Assembly: GCA_051294375.1 (NCBI GenBank)
Contig: CM119264.1
Span: 7,442,151-7,506,150, forward strand
DNA: 64,000 nt
Reading direction: 5' to 3'
Source: Paraspadella gotoi
Lineage: Eukaryota; Animalia; Chaetognatha
The translations under genes and the position numbers were made by a program. The notes under the pieces were generated by a model. The model was not told the origin of the DNA, did no database searches, and was given only the letters and a program-made list of their open reading frames with translations. Below, piece by piece: positions 41,198-61,251 of this stretch. Position 1 is the stretch's first letter. The number at the start of each line of letters is the position of its first letter.

Positions 41198-41462
41198 TCC
41201 TTTCAAGAAAAAACGCAATTCTCTCTCTTTCAATCTTTCCCCGGCGCGACGTCTTTGAAAAGCATCGACGCCCGGGAGGGAGAGGGGCGTCGTCGTCGTC
41301 GTCGTCGTCGTCATCGTCTTGGAAACCAAGTTGTCATGGCAACTAAAAAAGCCTTTCGTCAAACAAATTAGCGAGTCGACCCGAGAAAGTTAGGAAAAAT
41401 GAAGACAAGAACCCCTTCTCCGACGCGGAGCGGGGAAACATTAACGCCAGAGAGAGAAGAGG

Positions 41463-41515
<53 letters not shown>

Positions 41516-41782
41516 GCGTCGGAGAAGGGGTTCTTGTCTTCATTTTTCCTAACTTTCTCGGGTCGACTCGCTAATTTGTTTGACGAAAGGCTTTTTTAGT
41601 TGCCATGACAACTTGGTTTCCAAGACGATGACGACGACGACGACGACGACGACGCCCTCTCCCTCCCGGGCGTCGATGGCTTTTCAAAGACGTCGCGCCG
41701 GGGAAAGATTGAAAGAGAGAGAATTGCGTTTTTTCTTGAAAGGAAGGAGATCGAGAGAGAGAGAGAGAGAGAGATCGAAGAG

Positions 41783-41854
<72 letters not shown>

Positions 41855-43140
41855 ATGAGGCAGTTTTCTCGAATTTACAATGAGAAGATTATTTTGGCGG
41901 GTTGGTCCTGCATTTTATTTTTTCATCTGGGCGGAACATGAAATTCAGAAGAGAAGGGAGAACCATAAACTTTTTCGATTTTTCTTTTTTTTTTTTTTTT
42001 GTAAAAGGTTCACATACAATTGATTTATACTGACCGGTGTAAGTCAGTGAAAAAAAAAAACCAAATAAAATATGGAAAAAAATAAAATATTCAAAGCGCC
42101 GATTCTACAAATAACACCGAGACAAATAATAGTTTCGCATCAAGGATCTAATTAAGAATATTACGTTTGGTTCATTTTTCGTTTGTTGAACTCAATACTG
42201 CGTTCGGCTGGTTGTTAATTGTCCGATCATGATCCCGCAACTTAAAATTCTTTACAGCCCTTTTTTTTTCTTAATCGCCTCCGCCCCTCTTAACTAAGTT
42301 TCTAACCCTATTTTTTTCCTAATTAGTTCACTCTTTGCCTCAGCACTTCCCTTCCATCCCCCCACCCACCTCTTCCAGACCCATTTCGCTATTCATTTAC
42401 TCCCTCTTCCTCCTCTTCCCTCTTGTTATCTGAAAATGTAAAAAAACTTGTTTTGCTCGAGCGAGCGGCTCGGCGAAAATTTGCCGATGGAAAGAGAAGA
42501 GAAGCGGAAGGGAGAAAGTAAAGGAAAAATAGAAAGTAAAGGAAGTAAAGGAACTAAAGGAAAGGAAAAAAGTTGCGAAGAAAGAAAAAGGGGAAAAAAT
42601 TGAAGGAGAAAAGGAAATAAAAGAATAACTGTGAGGTGATAATAGGTTGGGAAGCATTAGCTACCGATGAATAGCTAAGACATGTATATAAACACAATTG
42701 TGAACAGAACACGAATTCGGAGGGAAAAACGCAAGCCGAGAAAAAGGCTAAAAAAAAAAGTTGAAAAAAAGAGAAAAAACTTTACATTCCATCAGTGGAA
42801 AGAAATAGCTACGAGCTCGAGTTGAAAGAAAGAAATGATTATGAAAAAGGAAACTGGAAAATTTTGAAAGGGAAAACACGGAATGGTTTTGAGAAGAACA
42901 AGAATAAAATAAGAAGCACAAGTCGATGGTTTTAATGTTAATGAGAACCAGAAGGAGAATCATGAGGAGAAGTTAACGAGGAGGAGAAAGCGAAGCCAAT
43001 TAGAGGGAAAATGTAGAGAGAGAGAGGGAGAGAGAGAAAGAAAGAGAGAGAGAGAGGGGGAAGAAAAAAGGGAAAACAAAACGAGAGGCAACGGAGGGAA
43101 GACGAGAAAGAAAATCAGCGGAATTGGGCAAACAGAGAGA

Positions 43141-43230
<90 letters not shown>

Positions 43231-43322
43231 GAGGAAATAAGAGAGAGAGAGTGAGAGGGTAAAAAATAAAGACAAGAGGTAAAGAAAACACAGAGAGAAT
43301 GAGAGAGTGAAAAGAGAAGAGA

Positions 43323-43395
<73 letters not shown>

Positions 43396-43432
43396 AGAGA
43401 GAGAGAGAGAGAGAGACTCATTTGTTTTCTAG

Positions 43433-50673
<7,241 letters not shown>

Positions 50674-50908
50674 GTGAGTGAAACGGAGTGTGGAGAAGAA
50701 AGGAGGCTAAACCTCTTGTCTTTCGCTCACTCGATCACTCTCTCTCTCTCTCTTTCTTTCTCCTGTAAAAGAAAGGATGTTAAAAAAACTCCTCGTCTTA
50801 GGCGGCCGATTCTCTCGAAATGAGGTGGGTTATGTTCAAGAGTTTCGGGGGCCCGTTTAAGACATTCGACTCCTGGGGCCTCAGACTGCCCATCGATGAG
50901 GCTATAAA

Positions 50909-50958
<50 letters not shown>

Positions 50959-52696
50959 CGCACAAACAAAAAAACAAAAACAAAAAAAATACGTAGACCC
51001 TATTTGCTTAATGAACAGCTTGGAACTGAGGAGGCTTCTTCAACGTATGAGAATGTAAACAAATTAAAAAGAAAGGTTAAGACAATAAAAAAGAGAAGAA
51101 GAAAAATAGTTGAAAAGTGCTGAACTCGGGAGTGTAGGTGGCCGAAAATTCTTCGTAAACGAGTCCTAAAGATATGGATAGAATTAAAAAAAAAAATAAT
51201 TATGACACGATGAAATTTAACGTGGCGAAACCTACCCATGCAAATTTTTATCATACTTTTCAACCTTTGAACCAAACTTAACCTTTATATTAATAATACC
51301 ATATGCATTTAGTTCTACCACGTATCATTTATTTTTCCCCTAACCCTCACTTATTTACAAAAGAGGCAAAAAAGTAAAAAAGCAATAAGAAACAGATAAA
51401 TGATTATAAAAATATATTATAATATTTATACTCTTAGATTTATAAGCTATGGATTCATAAGCTATACTATATAGTTAAAAAAATATATTTTTTTATATAT
51501 TTTTTATAATTTGGTTTTTTAGTATGATCCAAATAATTTACTAATAAGATATAAAAGGTAGTGGGACAAACTGACAAAATTATTTATAAAGAAAAATTAT
51601 TATAAAAAACAAAATTTAAGTTATATTTAAATTTCTATTGATTATCTTGTATTTAGTTAAATCTTAATTATAAGGTATAATTTGATTTTTTTGCATGTAT
51701 AAAAAAAAATAATAATGCCTTACATAACCTATTCAGAGACATAACCTATTTCGATGACAGATTATTTTTTTTTGGCTGCATATACGACGCCATGTTAATT
51801 TCCATCGTGTCTTAACTAGAATAAAACATTAACGGAAAGAATACCGAAAAAGAAATGAAATATTAAACCATGAATTGAAAAACAAAATAATGGTATGAAA
51901 TTAAGAAGAGTAAGAAGAGTTTCTTTGAGGGCAAATTTGATTTTTCCAAAATTAATATTTTATAAATAGTAAGTTGAGAAAAAAGTCAAGCCAGGAAAAG
52001 AGGGTTAAAAAATGGAGAAGTGAAAAAGAAAAAAGGAAATGAAAGAGAAAGAAATCTCGAAGGACGAAAGGATGACAAGGGAATGACCGAAAGACCTCAA
52101 TAAACCACATCCGGGGGAAGAAAGGGAAAGAAAAACAAACATGGAGAAAAAGTCTCAGCGATTTCTCTATCTCTCTCTCTTTCTCTCTCTCTCTTTCTCT
52201 TGCGTCGGCGAAAATTTATCATCTTTTCATCTTCTTTCTCCCCCGCCCCGCCCTTCTCCCCCCTCGACTAAACTAAACTCAGGAAGGGGATTTTTCCATT
52301 TTTCCAGGCATCCACTTTATGATTCGTCCTTTTTTTTTTATTTCCCCGATTTTTGTTTCTGCCTTTTCCGGTCCGAAGATTCCAACGCTTCCTAAAATCC
52401 CCACTGTGTGAATAAAAAAAAAAATTCCGTTCAGTTTTTCATCGCTCTTCCGAGAATTTCGGTCTTTCTATCTGAATTACTGTCTTTCTATCTGAATTAC
52501 TGTCTGCTCCTCTGTCACTCTTCCTCTGCCCGCTCTTGTTAGTTGTTACTGAAGCTTTGTTAAATTCCCATTAAAAATCAAAACTGATTAATTAATCGAA
52601 AATATATGTTTTTCTTTAATTGAAATTGAAGCATCGATAATTGTTATATATATATCGATCATTAATTTTTAAATTACATCCTTTTTTTCGATTTTT

Positions 52697-53063
52697 ATGG
52701 GAGATGCTGTCGTAGGTATCAGGTAAGCAGCTCTTCAAGAAATATATTTCGGGCTTTTTTTAATCATTGCAGAGCTTTGAAGATAGAAGACACTTCTGAC
52801 CCATTTTGGTCTGAATTATTGGAACGGCCCCTTCAGAATCAAGAAGACTGGGCGTGAAATGTTCACTAACTACAGCAGATGCGATGAACAAGCGAATGGA
52901 TGCAGTCTTGCAGCGGCGCCTTTATGGTGGACGTTTATTCTCCAAACGGCCCACTCGGGATTCCCGGTCTGGATGTCCTTTCGAACAAACATGCGTCGGG
53001 TCCCGAGCCATGTTACTGAGGCGAGCTCAAGCATTAGCGATGAAGCAATGGGCAACGCACTAA
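52697..53063 (+). CDS. Possible small two-exon gene with one frameshift; product unknown
   Basis: ATG exon 52697-52722, a 50-nt gtaag...ttgcag intron, then ALKIEDTSDPFWSELLERPLQNQEDW. Adding one G in a G-run would join this to track ORF 52854-53063. GC-richer than its flanks. Confidence 0.25.
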
Positions 53064-53984
53064 ATTTTCGTTCGTGGGTTGTATAAATTGTGGGTTAGTC
53101 ACCTTACCCAAATTAATTGATAAAAAATTTCATGCACAACAATTAAAATTTTTTTTACTTGAGATTCCATCGCTATCGAAGGATGACTAAGTTCCATCGC
53201 TGTCGGTGGGCACGACCTTGCGGACCGCCCTTGGTCGATCACAAAAGAATTTAAAGTTAGAATTTCGAGGAAAGAGAAAGGAAAATCGTAAAACCACCGT
53301 AACCACGCAGGAGCTTCCGTTTGTTTCATTACCATCGACCTTAACTATGAGTACATATACATTTCTGCATTGACATTTTGAGTAACGTTTCAAGCCAAGT
53401 TTCTTTATTGATTCACCGAGGCGGAGACGGTGATAGATCGCATTAGTTCCCAGCTAAGGTCACTCGCACGTGCCACTTTTTTTTATTCCTCCGAGTAGAT
53501 TGTGGCGTCGATTCATTTTCGTGTCGCTTTCTTTTATGGGGAAATAATTCTGCGGGCGCGGCAGGCGCGGCGGCTGCGTGGACGGCCGCGCTGTCGCTTC
53601 CGGCCGCCTTATAAATTTGTTGGCAACTTACCCGCGGGACCGCGAAAGCGACGGGCTTTCTTGCTCTACGTTCCCTTCCTTAACTCCCCGCCTTTTATCC
53701 CTTTTTCCCCCCCATGTTATATTCTCACTATTTTTTTCACTTTCTTTCCAATTTCTTTCTTCCACACCGACCCACTTTTAGCTGCCAACCATTTTCTTTT
53801 ATATTTCACTTTCGGAAATAACCCAGGTTCCACCCACTATTATCCTCTTAAATGATTCTCTGATTCATTCTTCCGTCCTTTAAGTTGCATGAAATTGTTA
53901 CAACCAATATAAAATGTAACGATTCATTCAATGACTAAGATATTCTTGTCCCATTTTTAGTCTCCATATGTATGCACATAACTG

Positions 53985-54032
53985 TCATAAGAAAGTCACT
54001 GCGGCATAACTGTTAAACTTACCGGTTCTTTT
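53985..54032 (+). mobile_element. 3' remnant of family-1 Helentron-like element
   Basis: aagtcactgcggcataactgttaaacttaccggttcttt resembles the family-1 3' end aagtcactgcgggcgcaaccacatgaaattaccgttcttgtt. Confidence 0.4.
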
Positions 54033-55904
54033 TGCTTTTTCATTTTTGTTCAGTTTTGGCTTTTGCGTATCGGTATCATACCGGGTATGACTTCCTGTGA
54101 GGAATCGTGGCTTTCCTTTTTGGAAATGGGTACATAAATCTATTGTAAAAACGAATTGCAAAAAATATCTTTCGGTCGAAACGAAAATTAGTTTACTTTT
54201 AATTGTTTTCTTACGTCGGTTTATCTAGAAAAATCTTAGCAGGCCATAGTAACGACTCTCTCGTCCCCATTTTTCGCTTTTGTAGAAGCGGCGCCACTCG
54301 GCATTCCTCTACGTCTAACCCTAAGCTAATGGCAACTCATTCCGTCAAACTAATTCCACGCTCGAAAACTCCCGTCTTGTCGAACCTTCTAAACTCAGTT
54401 TTACATTTTGTTTTGGTTCGGTTTTAGTGCCCTCTTGAACCGAAAAATAATGGGATTGAAGCCAATTCCTATTTTTAAAATGCTTGGAAGTTATTTTTTT
54501 TTTCTTTCGAGACTGAGAGAACGGAGAAAGGAAACGCACCAAAGACAAAGTACGGGAAGAAGAACCAGATTCTTTCTCGTTCTTCTTCTTCAGTAAATAA
54601 AATTGGTACAATATAACAATTATTCATTCATTCCCTGATTATTGCAGGATATGGTGGGTTCAGGCCTCCATCCATGTAATGTGCATTTACACTATTCGCT
54701 TTCAAAATTAGAGACTGATCCCATTCAAAAACCACATTTAACCACAAGAAAAATCGGAAACGGCAAAATATTATATGAAATTGATACAACCAATACATAT
54801 AAAAAAAGCGTGACGCCCACGACGACGACGTCACAAAGAAGCCTTGCCTTCGCTTTATATCGCCAAGACGCCCAAGACGGGCTTTGCCCCGTCAGGCGAG
54901 ATAATTATCCATTCATTTAATGAACAAGCTATCTAGCCTCTGACATGGGATAGACTATGGTGGGTTACGGCTTTCATCCATCTTACAACATCCATCTTAC
55001 GACCAGGGGCGGCGAGAGGAGGGGACACCCTCGCCTGAGGCGAGGGGCTTGGTGGGCCTCGGAGGACCCCGGAGAAATGAGACAAAAATAAGAAAAAAGA
55101 AGTAGAAAGAAGAAAAAAAAAGAACGAAGAAAAAATAAAAGAATGAAAAAAAAGAAGGGATCAATTAAGAGAAGTTTAATTTTCAGCACTGGAGCAATTT
55201 TGAAGGCAGGAAGTCTCGTTTATTCCCTCCTTCACTCTTGAAAAATTTATAAATTTAAAAATTTATAACAAAACGAAAGCTAAATTAAGAAAGAACCAAA
55301 ACAATTTTACCACCAGGAAATATAATAAGAGAGAAAAATGGTGTCTCGAAAATCACAATGGATAAAAACAGATTGTTCAGTGACTGATCACTGTGATCAG
55401 TGCTAATCAAGAGTTTAGGCGCATCAGTTTTCTACAAAAATCTAAAAGTAAAATCATAGATTGATAGAATTAGAAATGTCGTAAATTTCGCGTCAAGGAA
55501 TATGTCTGATTTCGAAGACATGGGTATTGAAATATGAAATTTTAAAATTAGTTATTGGGTTAATTTAAATTAAATTAAATCTAAAGATTTTGAAATATGA
55601 AAAAAACGAACCCTTTTAAATATAACATTGGTAGAGATCGATCCGTTAATAATAAAAATAAAATAAAATAAAACAAGTCCAATGTGTTGCGCCACAGTGA
55701 CTTTATTTTCACGTTTATTTCCTTTTGATCACATGATATGACATGACATGACATGACTAAAAAACTTTTTTTCTCGTGTATTTATGATATGCACTGCATT
55801 AAAATACTGTCTTTTATTCTTTATAGTTTTAGGAATTACTGAAGACGGCGCTAGCAGTCCCTTAGATTTAATGTTTTTTCTGTCTTAACAAATGAGCAAC
55901 CAAC

Positions 55905-57103
55905 TATAGCCATAGCCGATGAAATTTAAATGCTAATGTATACAGTGTTAAAATAAGCTATCATGAGCATAATTTATAGTATTAAATTATTTTTTGTCAA
56001 AAAAAATTTTTTTCTGAGGGTACTAGCCTAATTAAAATTTTTGAAATCTTAAAATATTTTGATGGATTCTGATAGAGCAAAAAAAGTTAAACAAGAAATA
56101 TAATTATAGCTTTTAAAAATTCTTACATTTTCTCAGTAAAAATCTAAAAAAACTACTAAAATCATCAAAAGATGATGATGATGATAATTTTTATGGTTTT
56201 TTTAATTTTTGACCTACTTATCATAAAAATATTTAAAAAAGAATTATACTTTGTGTAGATAGATAAATGCTGATGAAGACTCGAACCCAAAGAGTTGAAA
56301 CATGTCCGTCTATTAAAATAAATCGTTGTCACAAATTCAAAAACACTTTGTTTTCTTTAAATATTAAATAACAATGAAAAAAAAGGATTATCACATGTAA
56401 CCCATTGAAAGTATAATTAAAAATATATAAATTTTCGTTTGAGCATGTACTCACTCTAAATTTTTGACTTACCCTATTGAGTGCGGCTACTCCTACCAAC
56501 TATAGGCAAATTATATTAGCCATAGCTGATAAAATTTAAATGCTAATGTATACAGCGATAAAAAATCTATCATAAGCATAGATTATAGTGTTAAAATATT
56601 TTTTGCTAAAAATGCTTTCTTCTGAGGGTACCCGCCTAATTAAAATCATTATATTACTATATAGAGCAAAATTTTTTTTTTAATCTTCAAATTTTTTGAC
56701 AGATTCTGAAAGAGCATAAAAAGTTAAACAAGAAATATAATTACAGCTTTTAAAAATTCTAACGTTTTCTCCGTAAAATTTTTAAAAAAATGAAAAAAAT
56801 TATTAAAAGATGATGATGATGATTTTTTATAGTTTTTATTATTTTTAACTTACTTATAATAAAAATATTTAAAAAAGAAATTTAATTTGTGTAAATAACT
56901 TTTAATGAGCTATCTTAATCTGGTTTTATTTTTGGCCTTTCCTATTTATAAATAAATATTAAACAATTAATTATTTATTAGGGTATAGAGCCATGTTCTA
57001 ACTTTTTTGTCCATTAAAAGTAAACCTATAAATGTATAAATTTCCGTTTGAGCATATTTATAATTTAATATTTTACTCAACCGATTGAGTGCGGCTACCC
57101 TAA
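55905..57103 (-). repeat. Two tandem diverged copies (about 55905-56495 and 56515-57103) of an AT-rich interspersed repeat
   Basis: Both start tagccatagcYgatRaaatttaaatgctaatgtatacag and end gagtgcggctac. The shared core (tgctctatcagaatccatcaaaaa on the other strand) also occurs at about 30586 and 61024. Confidence 0.75.
56259..56313 (+). ncRNA. Minimal type I hammerhead ribozyme motif in a Penelope pLTR-like fragment
   Basis: atg-CTGATGA-a-GACTC-gaacccaaa-GAGTT-GAAA-catg-TC-cgt, followed by aataaa...ttgtcacaaa. This segment is missing from the sister repeat unit near 56890. Confidence 0.75.
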
Positions 57104-57226
57104 ATTATATACATTTTTAATGTAAGTGGGACAGACCGATACAGACATACCTACCGACCGACCGACCGAAAAGTGAATTATAGAGTTGTTCCGCGAGTAC
57201 TCGCGACGCAACTAAAAACTTGTTAA

Positions 57227-60200
57227 TCACGGTATGTAGGGCAATTTGAACGCTTTGTAGACTTCGCCCCCATTCCACTCTTTATCAGTCCAGGTCCCGT
57301 TGTTCCGCCAGTTTTTCGCGTGATATTGGTAGTTGTACTTCCTTTTTAACTGCATCCATGTTTCTCCGTATTCCATCCGTAAAATCGATTCCGTTTCGCA
57401 CGGAACGTTCACCAAATACCTACATGGTACGAGAGTTAGACTGAAAATGAGTGGGGTGAAAATGGGGGGTGATGGAAAAAACATTTTCGGTAACAAGAAT
57501 AGTAAACAAACAAGATGACATGTTTGAAACTTTGAAGAGACATACGAAAAAGGATACTGCTTCATGAAAATGATTATGTAATATCAAAGGATGCCAAAAA
57601 TTGGAACTGTACTGACCCGTGAAGTTCTCCCGAGCAAATCCTTTCGAAAGGAGGATAAATGGAAATCTTCTTGGTGTGTTTTTTGTCGAAGGTTTGAATC
57701 CCCAACCAGGTGAAGTTTGGATGTCGGTAGAGCCAGAATAAATCCAGGCTGAGCATGCCGCGACCCCTCAGTCTGGGAAGAAGGGAAGGTAAAAATGAGT
57801 AAAGGGGATGAGGAAAACTAGGAAGTTAGAAAATAAGGTGAGACCAATTTACTTGAGGGAAATTTTTCTTAAATAAAAAATTATATACTCGATTTATACA
57901 TCTTCCGATGAATTAAATTGTTTAAATCGCTTCGTCAATTTGTCAAACAAAAAATAATTCTGTCCTTTTGTATACAATGAATAATAGAAAACATTAAATC
58001 TAGGTTGAGCTATCTTTATAGCGGTTCTCTCAATTTTATATGTCAACCATGATACACAATTAATCAACTAAGAAAAGTCCCCCCCCTTTTGTTCACCTGT
58101 ACTCGAGGCTGTCGTCAGCTCTGCCGAAGATACGATCGATCTGAGGTCTCCTCTGGTTGGCGACGAAGAAGTCGGTGACCCAAGGCTCGTAATCGTCGAT
58201 CCACGAGCACGTGTCCAGGTCGTGGTCGTGCGGGATCACGGAACACTGGCGGTACCAGCCTGAGCGGAATAAGAGATGATGATAGACGTTTTGGATTTTT
58301 ATTTTGCAGGGCGGTCAATGTCATGATTAAATGGGCCAGAAAATCTATGCCGACGTATTTACACTTCAAAAAATCACATCATCGCCACGTTTTACCTAGT
58401 AATGTTCCTCCGATAAGAAAGTTTCTCTTCCTCCATATAGCCATTTGCTTTCGCAGGCCTGGGAACGCAACAAGAAGAGAAGGTTAAAGACTTGAAAGAT
58501 CGTTAATCGTTTTTTTATTCCGACACAAACGCAACAGTTAATGATGAACGCGGAAACGATCGCGCGGTATCTCGGCGGCGGCGGGCGATTAAATATCGCT
58601 CAACGTCACGATACAAAATGTTCGGGGAGTGGCAGAGCGCTGATAATTTTGGGAGGTTATGGGGTACGTTTTAAATGATTAAAATTGATTATGGGTTTTT
58701 GAGTTCAGTCTTCAATTTAAGTTAAATCCATCCATACCATACTAATTTTCATAATAATTTTCTACGTGCTTTATATTAAATTTAATAAAGAATTATAAGC
58801 ATTTTACTCAGATTCCCAACCTAAACCTGTCGATGCCAAAGCGGTGAAGCCTAAGGACTAAAGATTTAGTTAAGCAGATCCTGCACTTAAGGTTAGGTTG
58901 ATTTTCAATTCTTAATCCTTTCCAATTTCTTCTCACCTACGACGAGTTCCATGGCGTCTCGTATCTTCTTCTTACTCGTCAATTTCGTCTCCAGATTTGG
59001 GTCGGCCTCTCTCGCGATCTCCTCAAACTCCTTTGTTCGCTCTTCGTTGCACTCTATGAACTCCGAGGCCTCCAACTCCCAAAGAAAACGAGCCGTGCTC
59101 GACGGAACCCGAAAAACCTCCGGGGCCGGCGCTGCGGCGTCGCCATCGACGACCCGAAGTGGTTTCTCGTGGAACTTGGAAAAGGCGCGCGCGGGCCCGA
59201 AGTTGTCCGTTATCGGCGCCAAGAGAAAACCGTCGTAAAAGTCGCTCTGGGTCCCGCGCTCGGCCAAGACGACGACGACGACGGGACGGAATCGGTCGAG
59301 GAAGCGAAGATGGAAACCGACGCGATGGGCTTCGGGGGGCGCCCCTTCAGGAGGCGCAGTCGAGGATGGCTCGGCGGAGTGATTAGTTTGAGAAGCGTCG
59401 CTCCATATTATTAACACGCCTCCTTTAACGCCGGCACCATCACCCTGTCCGCCATGGCCGCCTCCGCGAAAGACCTCGCCGACGATGAGCTCGTCCTTCG
59501 ACCATCCTCCCGTCAGGGCGAGTAATTTGTCGACATCCGCCGCGCGGAGGGCGAGCGTGGCGAGGTCATCGAGGGCGTGGACAGAGTCGGCAGCCAGATT
59601 CACAGATTTGTCCAGGATGACGAAAGTTAAATTATGAGATAGACACGCCTCCAGAAAGCGAAAGTACGCAGAGGCGCGAGTCTTAGCGAACACCGCCCGC
59701 GTCGGCGATTTTGTCGTCGACGGCGGGTCGCTCGTTCTCGGAGATGTCGCATTGAGCGGCGGTTTGCTCGTGGGCGGATGCTGAGTTATGGACGCCGCCC
59801 CACTAGAAGACGAAGGCCGAGTTGCGGACGCCGATGTATTAACACGTGGTTGGGCGGTGGTTCGTGGTTCGTGGTTGGGCGCCGAAGTGTCGCGAAGATG
59901 TTCGCTGGCAGATCTGAACGAAAAAATTAGAGCAACAAATTTAAAATTGTATTATCTAATGTGTATTTATTTTTAATGCGCTTGTATCTTTATTGAAATG
60001 CTAAGAGATTAAAAAAATTAAGTTGCTCAAATTTTTTCACTCAATAAATCTCGTGGCCGATGTTTCTCGGGTCGAACCGTAATTGAACACCAAGAACCAG
60101 CAAATGACGGAGAGTAAAATGAAAACGAAGACCAACGTTTTGGAATTGGGACAATGCACCTTGGGCGATAAGTTTATTAGTTTATAAGTTTATTAGTTTA

Positions 60201-60252
60201 TAAGATTATTAGTTTATAAGTTTATTATTTACCAAACATTTACATTTACCAT
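57227..60252 (-). CDS. FKTN: Fukutin-like LicD-family phosphotransferase, type II membrane protein; 7 exons, 557 aa
   Basis: Hand-spliced exons on the minus strand: 60252-60250 (ATG), 60159-60041, 59913-58937, 58458-58396, 58259-58097, 57772-57617, 57419-57227. All introns are GT-AG and phase-compatible; total 1674 nt. Translation gives an N-terminal TM (TLVFVFILLSVICWFLVF), an S/T/P-rich stem, then FLIGGTLLGWYRQCSVIPHDHDLD...FGRADDSLEY...LDLFWLY...VNVPCETESILRMEYGETW...NNGTW. This matches fukutin motifs ([39 protein letters not shown], NGIW). The ATG-only first exon is the least certain part, and strict orthology is not established. Confidence 0.9.
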
Positions 60253-60615
60253 GCGGGTATTAAATTGTTATGATTTTAAGGAGTCACATTTAATACTAAA
60301 ATAACAATTAAATAATTGGTCAAACAAAAGTCAGAATTACATTATTGGGAATTAAACCCTGGACTTGTTGAGGAGCCATCAAAACGGAAGTGCAAACGAG
60401 CGCAGAAGCGGAAATAGAACACAAGCGAAAACGTAGAAGAACAAGAACAGATTCAGTTTGTTGAAAGTTAGCGCTGTGACGTCGGAGGAGATTTAGATCG
60501 AAAGAAACGATTTCATTGGACGATATTTTTGAAACACTAGACTAATCATCGAGCGTTTTCGTCTTTTTTATTTCATTCTCATAATGCTAAAAAAAATTTT
60601 TAGTCGGATCTGCTG

Positions 60616-61100
60616 TAGGGGGAGACTAACTCAGTAAGGTGGTTAAGAAATTGCATTAAAGCATCCTGTCAAACGAAAATTTAGACATTTTTTAAAAAAA
60701 TTTGAATAGACAAATTTTTTTTATATTACTCTATACTCAATATATTAATTTTTAAATATATTTTTTATAAATAGGAAAGGTATAAATAATTTTTTTTGAT
60801 TTTTTGATTTTTAAGATCAGATTCAGGTAGCTTGCAAAAAGTTGTCTACACAAAGTATAATTCTTTTTTCGATATTTTAATCATAAGTATGTGAAAAATA
60901 TGAAAAACTATTTATAATCATCATCATCATCATTTTCGATAATTTTATTACTTTTTCTTAATTTTGACAAGAAAACATAAATATTTGGAAAGTTGTAGTT
61001 AAATTTTTTATTATAACTTTTTATGCTCTATCAGAATCCATCAAAAAAAGTTAAGATTGATTAAAAAAATTTTTATCATTATATAGTAATATGTTAATTT
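60616..61100 (+). mobile_element. Diverged copy of the same AT-rich interspersed element
   Basis: Starts taggggga. Contains caaacgaaaatttagacatt, aaaagttgtctacacaaag, an atcatcatc tract and tgctctatcagaatccatcaaaaa in the same order as 30170-30779. Confidence 0.6.
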
Positions 61101-61251
61101 TAATAGCAACAATAAAAGCAATTAAAATCGAACTTTTTTAAAAAATTCTTTTTTTACCTAAAAGTAGACTTCAAGAATAAAGTTTTGAACCCCCGCCCCT
61201 ATTGAATTTAATTTCATAGTAGATTTTATCTGCTGATAAGCAGATCCCGAC

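Larger units (their letters stand above)
55672..57218 (-). mobile_element. Helentron/DINE-1-like element, family 1, expanded by about 1.2 kb of internal sequence
   Basis: 5' end ccgcgagtactcgcgacgcaactaaaaa at 57191-57218 with a (CCGA)n tract. 3' portion 55672-55907 is homologous to 47820-47970. Two tandem ~600-bp AT-rich units lie between them. Confidence 0.75.

Noticed and set aside
41343-41599. Two opposite-strand ORFs with identical N- and C-termini (MKTRTPSPT...FDERLF)
   Set aside because: An automatic consequence of reading across the palindrome centre.
55003-55080. CAGGGGCGGCGAGAGG as the left TIR of a hAT element
   Set aside because: I found no matching right TIR or TSD; at most an orphan end.
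59159-59976. Plus-strand ORFs overlapping the fukutin large exon, and those opposite the transporter at 31053-32001
   Set aside because: Antisense shadows of GC-rich coding sequence.
60168-60230. Short tandem repeat (ataagtttattagttt) in the first fukutin intron
   Set aside because: Ordinary intronic slippage repeat with no further structure.
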